In this document: positions 1 through 12,200 of the stretch, piece by piece
Layout of the letters: every line of letters starts with the position of its first letter
Position numbering within the stretch: position 1 is the first letter of the stretch
NCBI GenBank assembly: GCA_900617105.1
Contig: UYFQ01000831.1
Location: forward strand, 1-40,414
Source of the DNA: Hydrurus foetidus
Lineage: Eukaryota
Direction: 5' to 3'
Length of the DNA: 40,414 nt
The notes under the pieces: generated by a model
Databases searched by the model: none
The model's input: only the letters and a program-made list of their open reading frames with translations
What the model was told of the DNA's origin: nothing
Program-made: the position numbers and the translations under genes

Positions 1-1
1 G

Positions 2-1720
2 ATAAAGGTCAAACTATCGAGCTCAGCAGTCGAGTCCATCACTGCATTTCTCGAGAAGCGAAATAGGGAAGGGATACCAGACCCAAGTTCTAATGTGAGT
101 GTCAAGACAGCACTCAGAACCAGGGGAGAGGATGCAGAGAGGGTGATTGTCAAGGAGCTGACACAGATGGATACGCTGAAGGTATGGAAACCCATGCACG
201 CTGAAGATCTAGACGCATCACAGAAAGCATCAGTGATCAGATCTTCGATGTTCCTCAAGAGAAAGATACATCCTGATGGATCCTTCGATAAATACAAGGC
301 GAGGCTGGTGGCAGGAGGAGACATGCAGAACAAGGACCTGTACGAGGACCTATCCTCACCCACCGTATCCACCAGTGCAGTGTTTACCATTATTGCGATA
401 GCTGCACATGAGAAGAGGCACGTGGCAGTAGTGGACATAGGAAGTGCATTTCTAAATGCGGTGATGCCGAAGAGTATCCAGGTGCATATGCGATTAGATA
501 ACACGATGAGCGAGTACATGGTGAAGATCAACCCAATGTATTCTGGGTATCGTCAGAGGAACGGGTCCATAATAGTGCTATTAAAAAAGGCACTATATGG
601 GTGTGTAGAGAGTGCATCACTCTGGTACGAGAATCTCAGATTATCCCTAAAGGGATTGGGGTACGTCAGAAACGAAACAGACATCTGTGTGTACAACAAA
701 GCGAGCAAAGACGGGGTGCAGTGCACACTCTGTGTTCATGTTGATGACTTGCTAATTACAAGTATGAGCACAGACATGATACATGAACTGACCGATGGTC
801 TGAGGAGAATATACGGAGACATTTCTCTCAAGTACGGTGATATGATCAATTACCTCGGTATGTCCATTGACTTGACTCACTCAGGTGAAGCCAGACTTAC
901 TATGTGCGGGTATGTCAATGAGATTCTATTGACATCAGGGGTGACCGGGACAGCTCGAACTCCAGCGTCGGGCAACCTGTTCGACGACGACGAGTCAGAC
1001 TATGTGAGCGAAAATTTGCGAGTTTGGTTCCATCGAGTAGTTGCGCAGCTCCTCTATCTCGCCAAACGCACAAGACCAGAGTGCCTGACTGGAGTAGCTC
1101 ACCTGGCAACCAGAGTCACAAGATGCACTGTACGCGATGTAGAGAAGTTGCACAGAATGGTGCGGTACATCAGGTGGACCTCAGACCATGGTGTGGTGCT
1201 TAGACCGGGGGTATTAGGCATAGTTGTGAGGCTGTATGTGGACGCGTCATACGGAGTTCATAGGGACGGAAAATCTCATACTGGGTCATGCGTCGTTATC
1301 GGAGACATAGGAGCGGTGCACTGTCGGTCCACGAAGCAGCAGATAGTAGCGAAAAGCAGCACTGAGGCAGAGCTTGTAGGACTATCGGATTCAGCTAACC
1401 AAGGCCTATACATTAGGAATTTCCTCATCATGCAAGGATATCGGATGGCTCCTTTGATAGTGTACCAAGACAACTTATCATGCATGGCCTTACTGGCACG
1501 AGGACGTTCAGGTGCAGAACGAACTAGACATGTCGCTATCCGGTATTTCTGGACCAAGGAACGAGTCGACATGGGTGAAATGAGAATAGTGCATAAAGGC
1601 ACAAAGGAGATGTATGCGAATGTACTGACAAAACCCCTCCAGGGTTCTCAGTTCGTCTATGAGAAAGCAAGTCTCACAGGATGGGGAGTGCCTTCCATTG
1701 TCGTGACAGAAATCAAATGA
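2..1720 (+). CDS. pol: Ty1/copia retrotransposon Pol, C-terminal part (reverse transcriptase + RNase H); 5'-truncated by the window edge
   Basis: The frame is open from base 2 to TGA at 1718-1720. Copia RT motifs: KYKARLVAGG, VDIGSAFLNA, LKKALYG, HVDD, YLG. Copia RNase H motifs: YVDASY, KSSTEAEL, YQDN, RHVAIRYF, ANVLTKPL. No introns and visibly GC-richer than the host introns. Confidence 0.97.
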   Translation: MKVKLSSSAVESITAFLEKRNREGIPDPSSNVSVKTALRTRGEDAERVIVKELTQMDTLKVWKPMHAEDLDASQKASVIRSSMFLKRKIHPDGSFDKYKARLVAGGDMQNKDLYEDLSSPTVSTSAVFTIIAIAAHEKRHVAVVDIGSAFLNAVMPKSIQVHMRLDNTMSEYMVKINPMYSGYRQRNGSIIVLLKKALYGCVESASLWYENLRLSLKGLGYVRNETDICVYNKASKDGVQCTLCVHVDDLLITSMSTDMIHELTDGLRRIYGDISLKYGDMINYLGMSIDLTHSGEARLTMCGYVNEILLTSGVTGTARTPASGNLFDDDESDYVSENLRVWFHRVVAQLLYLAKRTRPECLTGVAHLATRVTRCTVRDVEKLHRMVRYIRWTSDHGVVLRPGVLGIVVRLYVDASYGVHRDGKSHTGSCVVIGDIGAVHCRSTKQQIVAKSSTEAELVGLSDSANQGLYIRNFLIMQGYRMAPLIVYQDNLSCMALLARGRSGAERTRHVAIRYFWTKERVDMGEMRIVHKGTKEMYANVLTKPLQGSQFVYEKASLTGWGVPSIVVTEIK

Positions 1721-1850
1721 AGTGAAAGGGATGTCACCCTTTGAGAAGAGACATAAGCTTTTATATAGTCTAGTCGCCGTAAATTTTATGATAATCATTT
1801 TGTATTCTGTTGGTTGCCTTGCTTCATGAGTACCACCTATTTACAGTCCT

Positions 1851-1857
1851 AGGGGTG
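1851..1857 (+). other. Polypurine tract (plus-strand primer site)
   Basis: AGGGGTG lies immediately before TGTTGG at 1858. It is short but in the expected position. Confidence 0.7.
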
Positions 1858-2168
1858 TGTTGGAGTTTCTGGGATCAGGAACTTTGATGTAGGATTGTAA
1901 CCGGATGGATCCGTATGTGTAGTGTCTCCAACGGATTGATTTCATGCATGAAAGATATGACGGTGTCCATACGTCATGGATCGTAGATTAGGATTTGTAC
2001 TGTAACTGCAACTCAGGTAGCTTCGTGTCTATCAATGGGAATGATAGCGCACAAGTTTTAATATCTAGTTTCTAGCATATTTCGATATCTACGATTCTTG
2101 GGCATTATCGGTGAACTGGCAGTCTTTGCGGAAGTTGTCGGTGTCTCGGAATTGAATAATCCTCAACA
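1858..2168 (+). repeat. 3' LTR (311 bp)
   Basis: Begins TGTTG after the PPT and ends CAACA. The adjacent inverted-repeat arm starts exactly at 2169, which independently supports the boundary. Predicted 5-bp TSD is AGAGG (2169-2173). Confidence 0.85.
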
Positions 2169-3054
2169 AGAGGGAATTCAGTAACTTCAGTTCAAGCACT
2201 TTACCGTTTACCGTCAACACACGGTTTCCTCACGGTAGACACGGTGTCTCTCCATTTTGATCAGTGAATTCGATCTGTTCCATGAAGGTCATCACTTCCA
2301 ATACCATCACATCAGGATTTTTCGAAAATTTTTCAGCTGGAGCAGCGTTGCCCATCAGCACATTTAGAAAGAAATTACGCAATTTGCAATTTCCCTTTCA
2401 AAATATTCTAGCCTGTAGCCTGTAGCGCATCTATTTTTGCAGAAGAAGTTTATTATGTGGAGAGCGCTGCAATCGTTTGCGATTGCATACGATTACAACA
2501 TTTATTCTATTGAAAAATGCATATTACACATATACTGCCATATGAAAGCGCTGTTGAAACGCTGAAACAGTAAAACTGAAAGCACGCTATATTCGACAAT
2601 ACCAAACTCAAGAAGTGATGCCTCGTGATAATGGAGACGCTGTTTGTTAAAATCTATTGTAAATTACAGCTTTCCTTTACTTCCTGTGGCTAGCTACTTC
2701 TGATCGATTTTATCTCTGTCTGTGCTAGAAGGTATTCAGGAAGACGCATTTCGCATTTTGGATTTTGATTCAACTTTAGAGAACTCGAAGTTGTTGTGAG
2801 CGAGGCTCGAAAACGACATCACTGACGTACTACAGCTCTGCATATCGATGCTACACTGAATCAAATCCTCCGAAGTAAGAAGAGGATTCCTGTTCATCAT
2901 TTTCTCTGATGTGATGGTATTGGAAGTGATGACCTTCATGGAACAGGTCGAATTCACTGATCAAAATGGAGAGACACCGTGTCTACCGTGAAGAATCCGT
3001 GTGTTGACGGTAAACGGTAAAGTGCTTGAACTGAAGTGACTTTGAATTCCCTCT
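2169..3054. repeat. Inverted duplication: arms 2169-2315 and 2906-3054 with a ~590-bp spacer
   Basis: AGAGGGAATTCA...ATACCATCACATCAG is the reverse complement of CTGATGTGATGGTAT...TGAATTCCCTCT, with a few substitutions and one 2-bp indel. Confidence 0.95.
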
Positions 3055-3180
3055 CGGCTCTCTCTCTCTGGTATCTTCATTCTTCATGTCACCTTCACTG
3101 GATAACTTCCTGTTGCTACCGCCATCTTCGGAAGTAATCGTGTCTCTTTGAAGCCCTGAGTTTTGATACCTTCGTTTCAT
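2983..3180 (-). CDS. Possible first exon or short ORF of an unknown gene, divergent from the WD40 gene
   Basis: 65-aa ATG-initiated ORF (MKRRYQNSG...) in GC-richer, exon-like DNA, with its ATG 55 bp from the WD40 ATG. No recognisable domain. Confidence 0.25.
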   Translation of the reverse strand: MKRRYQNSGLQRDTITSEDGGSNRKLSSEGDMKNEDTREREPRGNSKSLQFKHFTVYRQHTDSSR

Positions 3181-3235
3181 GCGGGAAGCTTAAGATATCT
3201 GAGAACACGAGACACTTCTTCGAGAATTCACGGTC

Positions 3236-5562
3236 ATGTTTGCTTTCGATGCTGCTGTAGATGCTGAGATTCCAGTGCCAAAGGAGGCACCCTTAAAAGC
3301 ATGTGATCACGAGACAGATCCGAGCAAGTACTCTAACAAACTGATTCCCAGGTGCTAATCGAATGATTGATGTTTGCAAGATGCCGATGTCCCATTCCTT
3401 CAGTTGATTCCTAGCACTCCGGTTCACTAAAAGCTCCTAATAAAGTTCACAACAAATCACCTTGTCCAAAGGGTGACAATAAGCGACAACACGAGTGAAG
3501 TCTTCTGCTGCGAATTCTCTTCCGATGGTTTATCCCAAGCAGCTGGTTGTGGTGACGGTGCAATCAGAGTTTTCAACGCTCAAGTAAGTGAGACAAAGTA
3601 TGATACGAATCAGTACCATCAACTCCTACAGTCTGATTGTTCTTTCTGATGTTGAGACTTACGTTCTGTTTATTCGCGATTTCATTCTGATGGAGTAAAA
3701 GCCATTCTCCTATGGCAATGTGCAATTTCACATGATTACATTTGTTGCATTAGGCGCCATCAATACTATGAGGCAAATGATTTGGCTGCTGAAATCATGA
3801 TTAATCGGATTTATATAGCACAGCAGTCGCCACGAATTGACGTCAGTACTAACAGAATTTTATCACTATTTGTGTGATAATTATTCTGTCGAATGATCCT
3901 TGATTTGTGCAGAAGCAATTTAAAGAGTAAGTCATTTTACTAAATAGTAATTCTAAGAGCAAGTGAGTAATTGTTCTCGATCAGAGAGGTTTTGATGAGC
4001 TGCGATTGTGCTGTTTGCATTTGAGCATTCTTTCACAGTTGATTAGCAGTGTACAATACAGAGTGATAGCAAGGGAGGTGTTTAGTTGCTGATCCACTTA
4101 TCATCTGGACCTACCCCTATAAACGACAATCCACACACCCTAAATGTACCGTATTGATTTCAGTTTTCAGTACGGTACAGTTAGTGTGTGGATTGTCGTT
4201 TATAGGGGTAGGTCCAGATCAAAGTGGATCTACCGTAAACGAAGAACCTTGAACAAAGCACAACATAAAGTATATTAAGAGATAAAAAAAGCTGAAATTT
4301 AAAAGACGAAGGGGTGATAAATGCAAATAGTGCAATTTAATATCAAAATAAGTAGAAGAGAGAGAAAAAAGATTATGTGTATGTGCGTGTATGTATACTC
4401 CATGTCGTGAAATTGTAAATTGACGTTAACGCCAACAACTTTAATTGTACTATATATTCACATTTCAATTTAGTTCACTGCTGAGAAGAAATCTTGAATT
4501 TCTATAGTTGAATATTGTGCCAAGATAAGAAATAAACTACAATTATAGAAAATAATCGCTTTACATGATATCACTCTCATTAATCATTTTCCTCACAAAA
4601 TCTTAACTGATTTTATTTTTATTTATTTATTTATTTTTATTTTAGCACGGCACGTTATCTTATAATTTACAAGGGGGTTCAAATGTTGCCCTCCCCACCA
4701 CCGCCCTTCATTTTAGACCCTCCGATGGTACGTACGTACTTACATGACATTAAGGAAGTAAACTTATGTGAAATTTTGTTGAGTGAATTGAACTCTAGTA
4801 TAGTTCATATTGTATTTTTATTTTTGGTGTCTACCATTCTTCTATTTATCTGTTTGTGATATGCATGTTATGTGTTTTACATAATAGTAATTGACGATAT
4901 ATCTATGCATTATTTGAGCCCAAATTCTGTTTTTCAGTTTGTGATATTATTTGTTAATGTAACTAATAATTCGTTTGAATTATCCGTGTTTTGTATAAGA
5001 TCAAAATACGATTCATTCATGCATTATCTGTCTATTTAAACTTTACATAAATTGTTTCGAGATAACTGTAACTTGTAAATATGATTGTAAGAAATTGTGA
5101 AGTGTAACGTGCCCTAGACTGTGTACATGATACTCCTAATAAAAATAGGAACACTGTAAAGATATCCTATTCAAAATACGGCAAGAAATCAAAGATAACA
5201 TAATAGTAACATGATAATGACATAAACATAAATGTGATGATACACACAAACGAACATATAACCATACATAAAAAAATGAAAATAAACAAACAAATAAACA
5301 TAAATGTTAACATACACATAAAAATGAAAATGAAAATAAACGTACATATGAACACACATATAAACATACATATTAACATATACATGAATATGAATTTATA
5401 AATCACCCCACACATACACAGGTGTTTCTACCCGTACAAGAAACGTGTTTATTGCGGCTAATGCTGCAGGCGCTGTACAACACTGGCATATGACAAGTGG
5501 GAAATTTTTACACACGTTTGAGGATGATGATAATCAGGTATTCGCGCTCAACTATAATAAAG
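3236..5562 (+). CDS. WD40-repeat protein, 5' part only (exons 3236-3351, 3472-3583, 4646-4727, 5422-5562)
   Basis: Phase-consistent GT-AG splicing gives MFAFDAAVD...KLIPRVTISDNTSEVFCCEFSSDGLSQAAGCGDGAIRVFNAQHGTLSYNLQGGSNVALPTTALHFRPSDGVSTRTRNVFIAANAAGAVQHWHMTSGKFLHTFEDDDNQVFALNYNK, i.e. about two WD40 blades plus the start of a third. No further WD40 exon seen. Confidence 0.8.
4070..4251. mobile_element. Foldback/MITE-like element, family A copy 1 (CAAGG...CCTTG ends), in WD40 intron 2
   Basis: Core palindrome 4091-4230: GATCCACTT..ATCTGGACCTACCCCTATAAACGACAATCCACACAC..TGTACCGTA / TACGGTACA..GTGTGTGGATTGTCGTTTATAGGGGTAGGTCCAGAT..AAGTGGATC. Homologous to the copies at 12609 and 12937. Confidence 0.88.
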
Positions 5563-6245
5563 GTAAATTGCACATTTATGTTATGTTATTTTATGTTAAA
5601 AATAAGTGATGAAATAAATATCGTAATAAAGATGTACTGAATAAAGATTTTTCTGTGTTTCTATTAAACATTACTTTTCTATACTTCTTTTCCTATTTTT
5701 TCCTCTAATCCAAATGTTTTTCAAAATACTCAATAATCTAACATACGTAATTCTATAACGCTTCATGACTTTGATTGTAGGACAACAGTGGGAGTCTTGA
5801 TTTTTTTCCTATTCATTGTAATTTCATGTCAGAAAGTGTCACTAGCATTTATTTGTGTACCTCTTCATTACACTGTAGTATACTCGACATTGAATTGTAT
5901 CACGTTCAAATGGTTTAAGATTCAATATTTGATCTAGATTGTACTTTTAAATTATGATAACACAACTTAAAAATCTTACAAGAAATTGTATCAGTAGTTG
6001 ATAAGACAATAACGCTAGATAGTGACATTAAATTGTAATAGTTATTATCTTCTTTCTTTGATTCTGTAAATGTTCTGTACTATCCGTCAACAAAAAGTTC
6101 TCATTTGATAGGCGACTGAGAATGTACGAATATCCATGACTTTGTACGTACGCACATACCCACACACATGAAAATGTGCGTACATACGTATATACACTAA
6201 CAAGTACGTACGTTATTTTCTTCTTTTTTACTTATTTTTCCAAAG

Positions 6246-9200
6246 GTCCAGAATGGAATTCCCCTCCTTTTTTCGAAAAAAAGAAAAAGGAAACCCCGAT
6301 AAAAGTGGAAAATTCCGTCACAGAATATTTAAATTCTCTAGAGTCCAAATCCGTGAAAGTCAGTAATCAAGGTGATTTTACTGTTTTCAATTTTACAGAA
6401 AATTTCAGCAGTTTCTTGTATGTGTTCTTTCTATTTTTATTTTCTGTGCCTGTGATTTTTATCAAAAAAATCAATTGAACGAGATTGCGCAATTCATCAC
6501 GTTAACATCATAGATTCACAATAGACAGTTATACTTGACGTTGATGTAATGTTTACTTTTAAAAGATGGCAGGAAAAAGATCCCAAAAAACGATCACACC
6601 CTATCATGCATTTGAGAGCAAAATTTTCTTTTACAGAAAGTTCCGCTTTCTTTTTAATTATTTCTATTTCTAATATAATTACAATTTTAATTTTTAATTT
6701 ACAGAGAGACCGAGTACAACTTCTTCTGGAATCTTGGACCGGAATCTGACCCAAGGTCTGACTCAAGGTCCATCCATCGATCCGGCTTTAACGGAACTGA
6801 GAAATCACACTTTATTGCTTGAAAAATACGGAGTGAGCCAAGTAAGTTTTTTAGAAATCAAAATAAATCCGCACTTTTCAGGATTTTCTTGAAGCATATT
6901 TGACGAATATAGAGTGAGAATCGTTGTTTTGAGCAGTCATTTTTGAACACGTAAATGTGATATTACTGTTTAGCTGTGAGTTTGACTATAATAGAGGATG
7001 AAATGGTTGACTGTTATCATACGGTCAAATCCGGTAAAAATGATATAAAAAAGAAAAAAATCATTTGCTCTATTCATCGTATATCTATTTGGTCGTATCA
7101 TACTATTTTGTGTTTATTCTTTTATTCGTAACAGATTTATTACATATTTGTTTAGTTACATTAAGTTTCTTCTAGTTTTTTCATCTGTATGAAACATTAC
7201 CCGTGTTGTACTCCACATTTATTTATCAGATAATGCCGAAAAGTACTATAGAATTTCTTATCATGTCGTGCCACGTTGTATAAGACAGACTTACACCATA
7301 TTATATCACATCTTTCCATGTCATGAATTATCACAACCAATGAGAAACACACCATAATACATCGTATCGGATCATACCGTATTATACCGTACGACAGTTT
7401 ATAATATATCGGGGATCTACGCTATCCTCTACACCGGAATTCAAAAGCTATCACAATACATATAACCACGATTGGGGATCCATTTCAGGTGAGTACAAAT
7501 TATATTCCATAAAGTAATGTTTGACTTTTGAGCGTGTTGATAAAGAAGAATTTCTTTCTCTGTTTTTGCCTTTTCCACTTTTTTACTTCATTTATTTATT
7601 TACCTCTATTTTTAGGTATTTTTCCATCTTTTTAATTTATTTGTTTATCTTTTATTTATTTATTTTTTCATTCATTCATTTATTTTTTTATTTTTTTATT
7701 TATTTATAAATTCATTCACTTATTTATTCGATTGATTGTTTATTTTTTTATTTTTTTATTTATTTATTTGTCTATTTATTTGTTTGTTTGTTTATTTTTT
7801 TGTTTTTTTATTTTTTTATTTATTTTTTTGTAATTATGCAATCACTCAATATAACACAACTGGATGAGTAACGTCAAATGGTCTTAATATTTGTCTTAAA
7901 TGAAAGGAGTTATTAAGGAGTTAGAATTGTACTTACGGGGTAGGGAAGTAAAATTGGCGATAATTGACGGAATAAGATTGCACTCCATTGCATCGCTGAA
8001 TTTAGCTACATTAAGAAAAGTAAGTAAACGGAATTTAAAAATTATAATTATTTGGTTGCCTAAAAAGATTGCAATTATTAAATATGATAATTATAAAATG
8101 TAATGTGTGACATATTAGGGTAGTAAAGATTCTGAATTCAATCATTCAAATTTGCTGCGATTTCATTTTATTAGATGTATTGATGATTATTATACGTGAA
8201 TTGATTTGTTGACTTGAATTTATATTCCCATATTGACGGTATTTAATTATTATAATTATTAACATAATCATTTGCGAATTCATTGTATGTCAATTTTAGT
8301 ATTCATTGCCCAATTATTGTAATTGTTCTAATAGTCGTTATTGACACTTAAAAACATCATGATTCGTCATTGTATCGATTATTGATTATTTTTTTAACTC
8401 GACTTTTATTCTCGAAGTCGCAACCAAGAGGGAATATTTTACTTTCATACTCAAACACTAAAACAATGGTTAAGGGGCGTTCATCACTCTATATTCGTCA
8501 AATTTGCTTTTGTGAAATCCCAAATCGCATTGCTGTTCAATTGTAACAGCAACAATTACATATGATAATTCATTTCTTTATACCGCATTAAACACTTTAT
8601 TTTTTTTTCATTTTATTATTATTTATTTTTTCATTTTCATTCAGGAAGATTTAACATCGTGCATTTCAAATTTGGAAGAAATAAAAGCAACTTCAAAAAG
8701 TGTCAAGGTAAAATACAAATACAAAATACAAAATACAGAATACAGAGTATTAAATGCAAAGTGTATAAAGTTGTAATCGAAGAAAAGTGTATATTATTAT
8801 GTTTTTCGTATGTGCACATTTATTTGAAGTAAGGAAATAACTCTTTTTATTGTGTTAAATTGTTACTGATGATGTCTTTAATAGAACCAGATTTTTGTCA
8901 CTATTATTTTTGTTATTAAATAACGATAAATATATATGGATTATCATAATCGCTGTAAATGATTCTATATTAATATTGATACGAATAAAGAACCGTCATC
9001 TATTATTTACTTAAAATACTATCATTCACGAGTTGAGTAAGATATCTGTCCAAATGATGTAAATGAAAAAACCATTATCAATAAATTCGATAAAACTTCA
9101 ATATTTCATCACTATTAAGTATTTATGATTTTATTAAATATCGTAGTAGAATCAGTAGTCATACATTAATAATGATGATAAGAATGATAAATGAAGATAA

Positions 9201-12200
9201 ATGTCGTAATAAATAATATTGATTATTTATGCTTTTGTAAGATATCGTAATTAATTCAATGATAATAGTACTAAATATCGTAATTAATTCAATAATAATA
9301 GTACTAAATATCGTAATTAATTCAATAATAATAGAACTAAATAATTAATTCAATAATAATAGTACTAAATATCGTAATTAATTCAATAATAATAGAACTA
9401 AACATCGTAATTAATTCAATAATAATAGTACTAAATATCGTAATTAATTCAATAATAATAGTACTAAATATCGTAATTAATTCAATAATAATAGAACTAA
9501 ACATCGTAATCAATTCAATAATAATAGAACTAAATATCATAATAAATATGTTAGGCGGTGCCTAGTGTCGAAAAAGAAATCAGAGCAGCGACTAAAATTC
9601 AAGCGAAAGTGAGAGGATATATAGGTAAAAATATTTGAGTCTGCAGTTACTGATATGATACATGATGTATACATGAACATGTATGCTACATCGGTAACAT
9701 AGTTTGTGTAGTCAATTACTCTTTTATTACATCTTGTATAATGAATATATCTTTTAATGTTATTTAGTGTTAGATTTTTTTATTTGTGCGTTGTCCTTTC
9801 TATCTCATACACAGGTAGTAGAATGTTTACTTAATGTGTACATTTATTATTTTTTCGTTTCGTATTATTTGCAGCGATACGATTATCTTCAAAAAATGGT
9901 GAAAATTTGCAAATTTATACATCGCACATTCGTGCTAAATTATTATATTTCAATTTGAGATAATTAGTGTGAAAAATGAATTTCAAAATTAATAACTGTA
10001 AATAATTTTTCGTAATTAAATGTTGCCATTTTTACCGATTTAGGACTAAAAGCGTTTCTCTTGAATTGTGCAAAAGATTTCTACGCGATAATTATTCAAA
10101 GAAATGCGAGAAGATTAATATGCATGAAAAAAGTGAGAAAAAATGGAAAAAGTCAAACTCCATATGTCATTTTACGTATTTCATGTAGGAGTATATGAAT
10201 TCAGTGAAAACAAGAATGATAATTTTGGGAAATAAGTTACTAGGATGCATTCTGTCGATTATGATTGTTATACTATGCTCCGTACTATACATGATATAAT
10301 ATAAGCTAAGAAATTTTAAAGTCAAAATATACGTAAACCTTTTGTTAATGTAATACTATATCTTTTTATTTCATACTTAATTTCTTGATAATAATTAATA
10401 ACGAACAACAACAACTAATAATGATAATTTATGTTTTTTATACGGTAAGGTCGCATTGATGTTACTACAGTCAAGATTGCACACACACAGTTATTGGCCA
10501 GAGAATATGCACAAGCTACGGACCATTTGGAATTCGGAAGGTTGCATTTTATTTCACGTTTTTTAGATCAAGTTTTTTTGTCTTTTATTTTCTTACTTAT
10601 TTTTTTCTCACTTTTTTTTTTCACTTTATTTTGTCATTATAATTTTTAGATTAAATGCAGTTGATAACACAAATTTCTATCATCATTCATTCATTCATTC
10701 ATTGGAGTATTAGCGAAACCTTGTACTTTTGAAAAACGAGTTTAAAAATTCGGCTTTCTCGAACTCGTTTTTCAAATAAAAAACGAGAATCAAAACGACT
10801 TCTTCCAAACAACTGGGGAAGTCGAATTTTCGAGGTGAAAAACCGTATATTACGATTTTGAAATAGCCGAGTTTGAAACTCGTATTTTGAGAATACGAGG
10901 TTTCGCAAATACTGTATTTGAATATTTCTTTCTATTTGTCTCCTGCAATATTTCTCGTATTTCTTTTTATACTACTTTCTTTCTTCATTAACTGACGTAG
11001 TCACACATCCACATCCTAACATCCAAGCTCTCGTCTAGTGTCGTCTATTCGTGAACATTCTATTATTTTAATCGTTGCCACTCTCAATTTCTATACATCG
11101 TGCAGCTATAGAATTGTCAAATGTGAACTACAGCAGTAGCATGTCCGGTATAATGTCACCGGCTACCGGTATACCCGTTATAAATCCACCAGGTACCTAT
11201 AGTGACAGGAACTTGGACTTGTGGATTCCCAACTATCACAAATTTATTCTTTTTTTTAAATTACGTTTCTGATACGCATGGAAAAAATCAGAGTTATCTT
11301 TTTTGTTCTCATTTCATGACTTACGTAAAATGCCTTTTTTATTTCTCATTCTTATTTTCATCGTGTCCGTACGTACGTTTTTGTACACAGTTTATTAAAT
11401 CTTTTGTATACATAAAATGAAGAAAATCATTTCGATCATTTTACACTGGCAATCTTGCAGATTAGTCACTGAATTATTCTGATATTAACAACGACTGTTT
11501 CTCTCGTTTGTCCCAGGATTACCACCGACAAAAAATATGGACAACAAAATAATAAATGACAAAACAAAATTATTGATATTTGTGCCGTCAATTTCCGTGT
11601 CGGAACATTTACGGAATTCAATTCACGGATTTCAAATATTACAAAACAGTTATTTGTCAATTATTTATCAATTGGTAGATCCGTATTTACACTTATTATA
11701 CATTTCACCGATTCGACTTTCAACAGAAGAAATACTATATCTTGAGAATTTACTACTAAATTTAGGTATTAATATTTGTTATAAAGGGGGTAAAAGATTG
11801 CATTTCATAACACCGGAAAATATCAGAAGGTTACCACCTAATATAGATTTGTCCCAAGCACTATATTACACTTCCGCTGGTATAAGAAAAATCAAAAATT
11901 TGATTAAAAAATACCCGAATGTATTTTTTGTCCCCACTTCTTTTAGTGTAAGAGAAAAGAATATTTGTAATTTATTTAGTATTCTTTCTTTGTCGGGTGA
12001 TCTTAGTGTAAGCCATGCCATATCTTCGAGATCGTTTATTAAAAAGGTATGTTATACTGTAACAGCAGAATAGAGTGGCACCTTTTTTATCTTTTTTTTT
12101 GGTATGATGTTATTTGCTCCATATGAGATCTGTATTTTTTGAAAGGTGTCTCTGTATTCTGCTGTTAAGATAAGTATTGCTTCATAGGTGTTTATTGATG

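Larger units (their letters stand above)
1..2168 (+). mobile_element. Ty1/copia LTR retrotransposon, 3' portion
   Basis: Intact pol followed by a 3' UTR, a short purine tract and an LTR bounded by TGTTG...CAACA. Confidence 0.93.

Noticed and set aside
915..1798. Three - strand ORFs overlapping pol
   Set aside because: Antisense shadows of the GC-richer retroelement ORF with no independent motifs.
9242..9543. 33-bp periodic array that superficially resembles a CRISPR
   Set aside because: Head-to-tail units with no unique spacers, eukaryotic intron context and no cas genes. The 9337-9540 ORF is its translation.
11075..11272. GC-richer island that looked like an inserted foreign fragment
   Set aside because: 11106-11192 is a phase-1/phase-1 exon that fits the IQCH reading frame.
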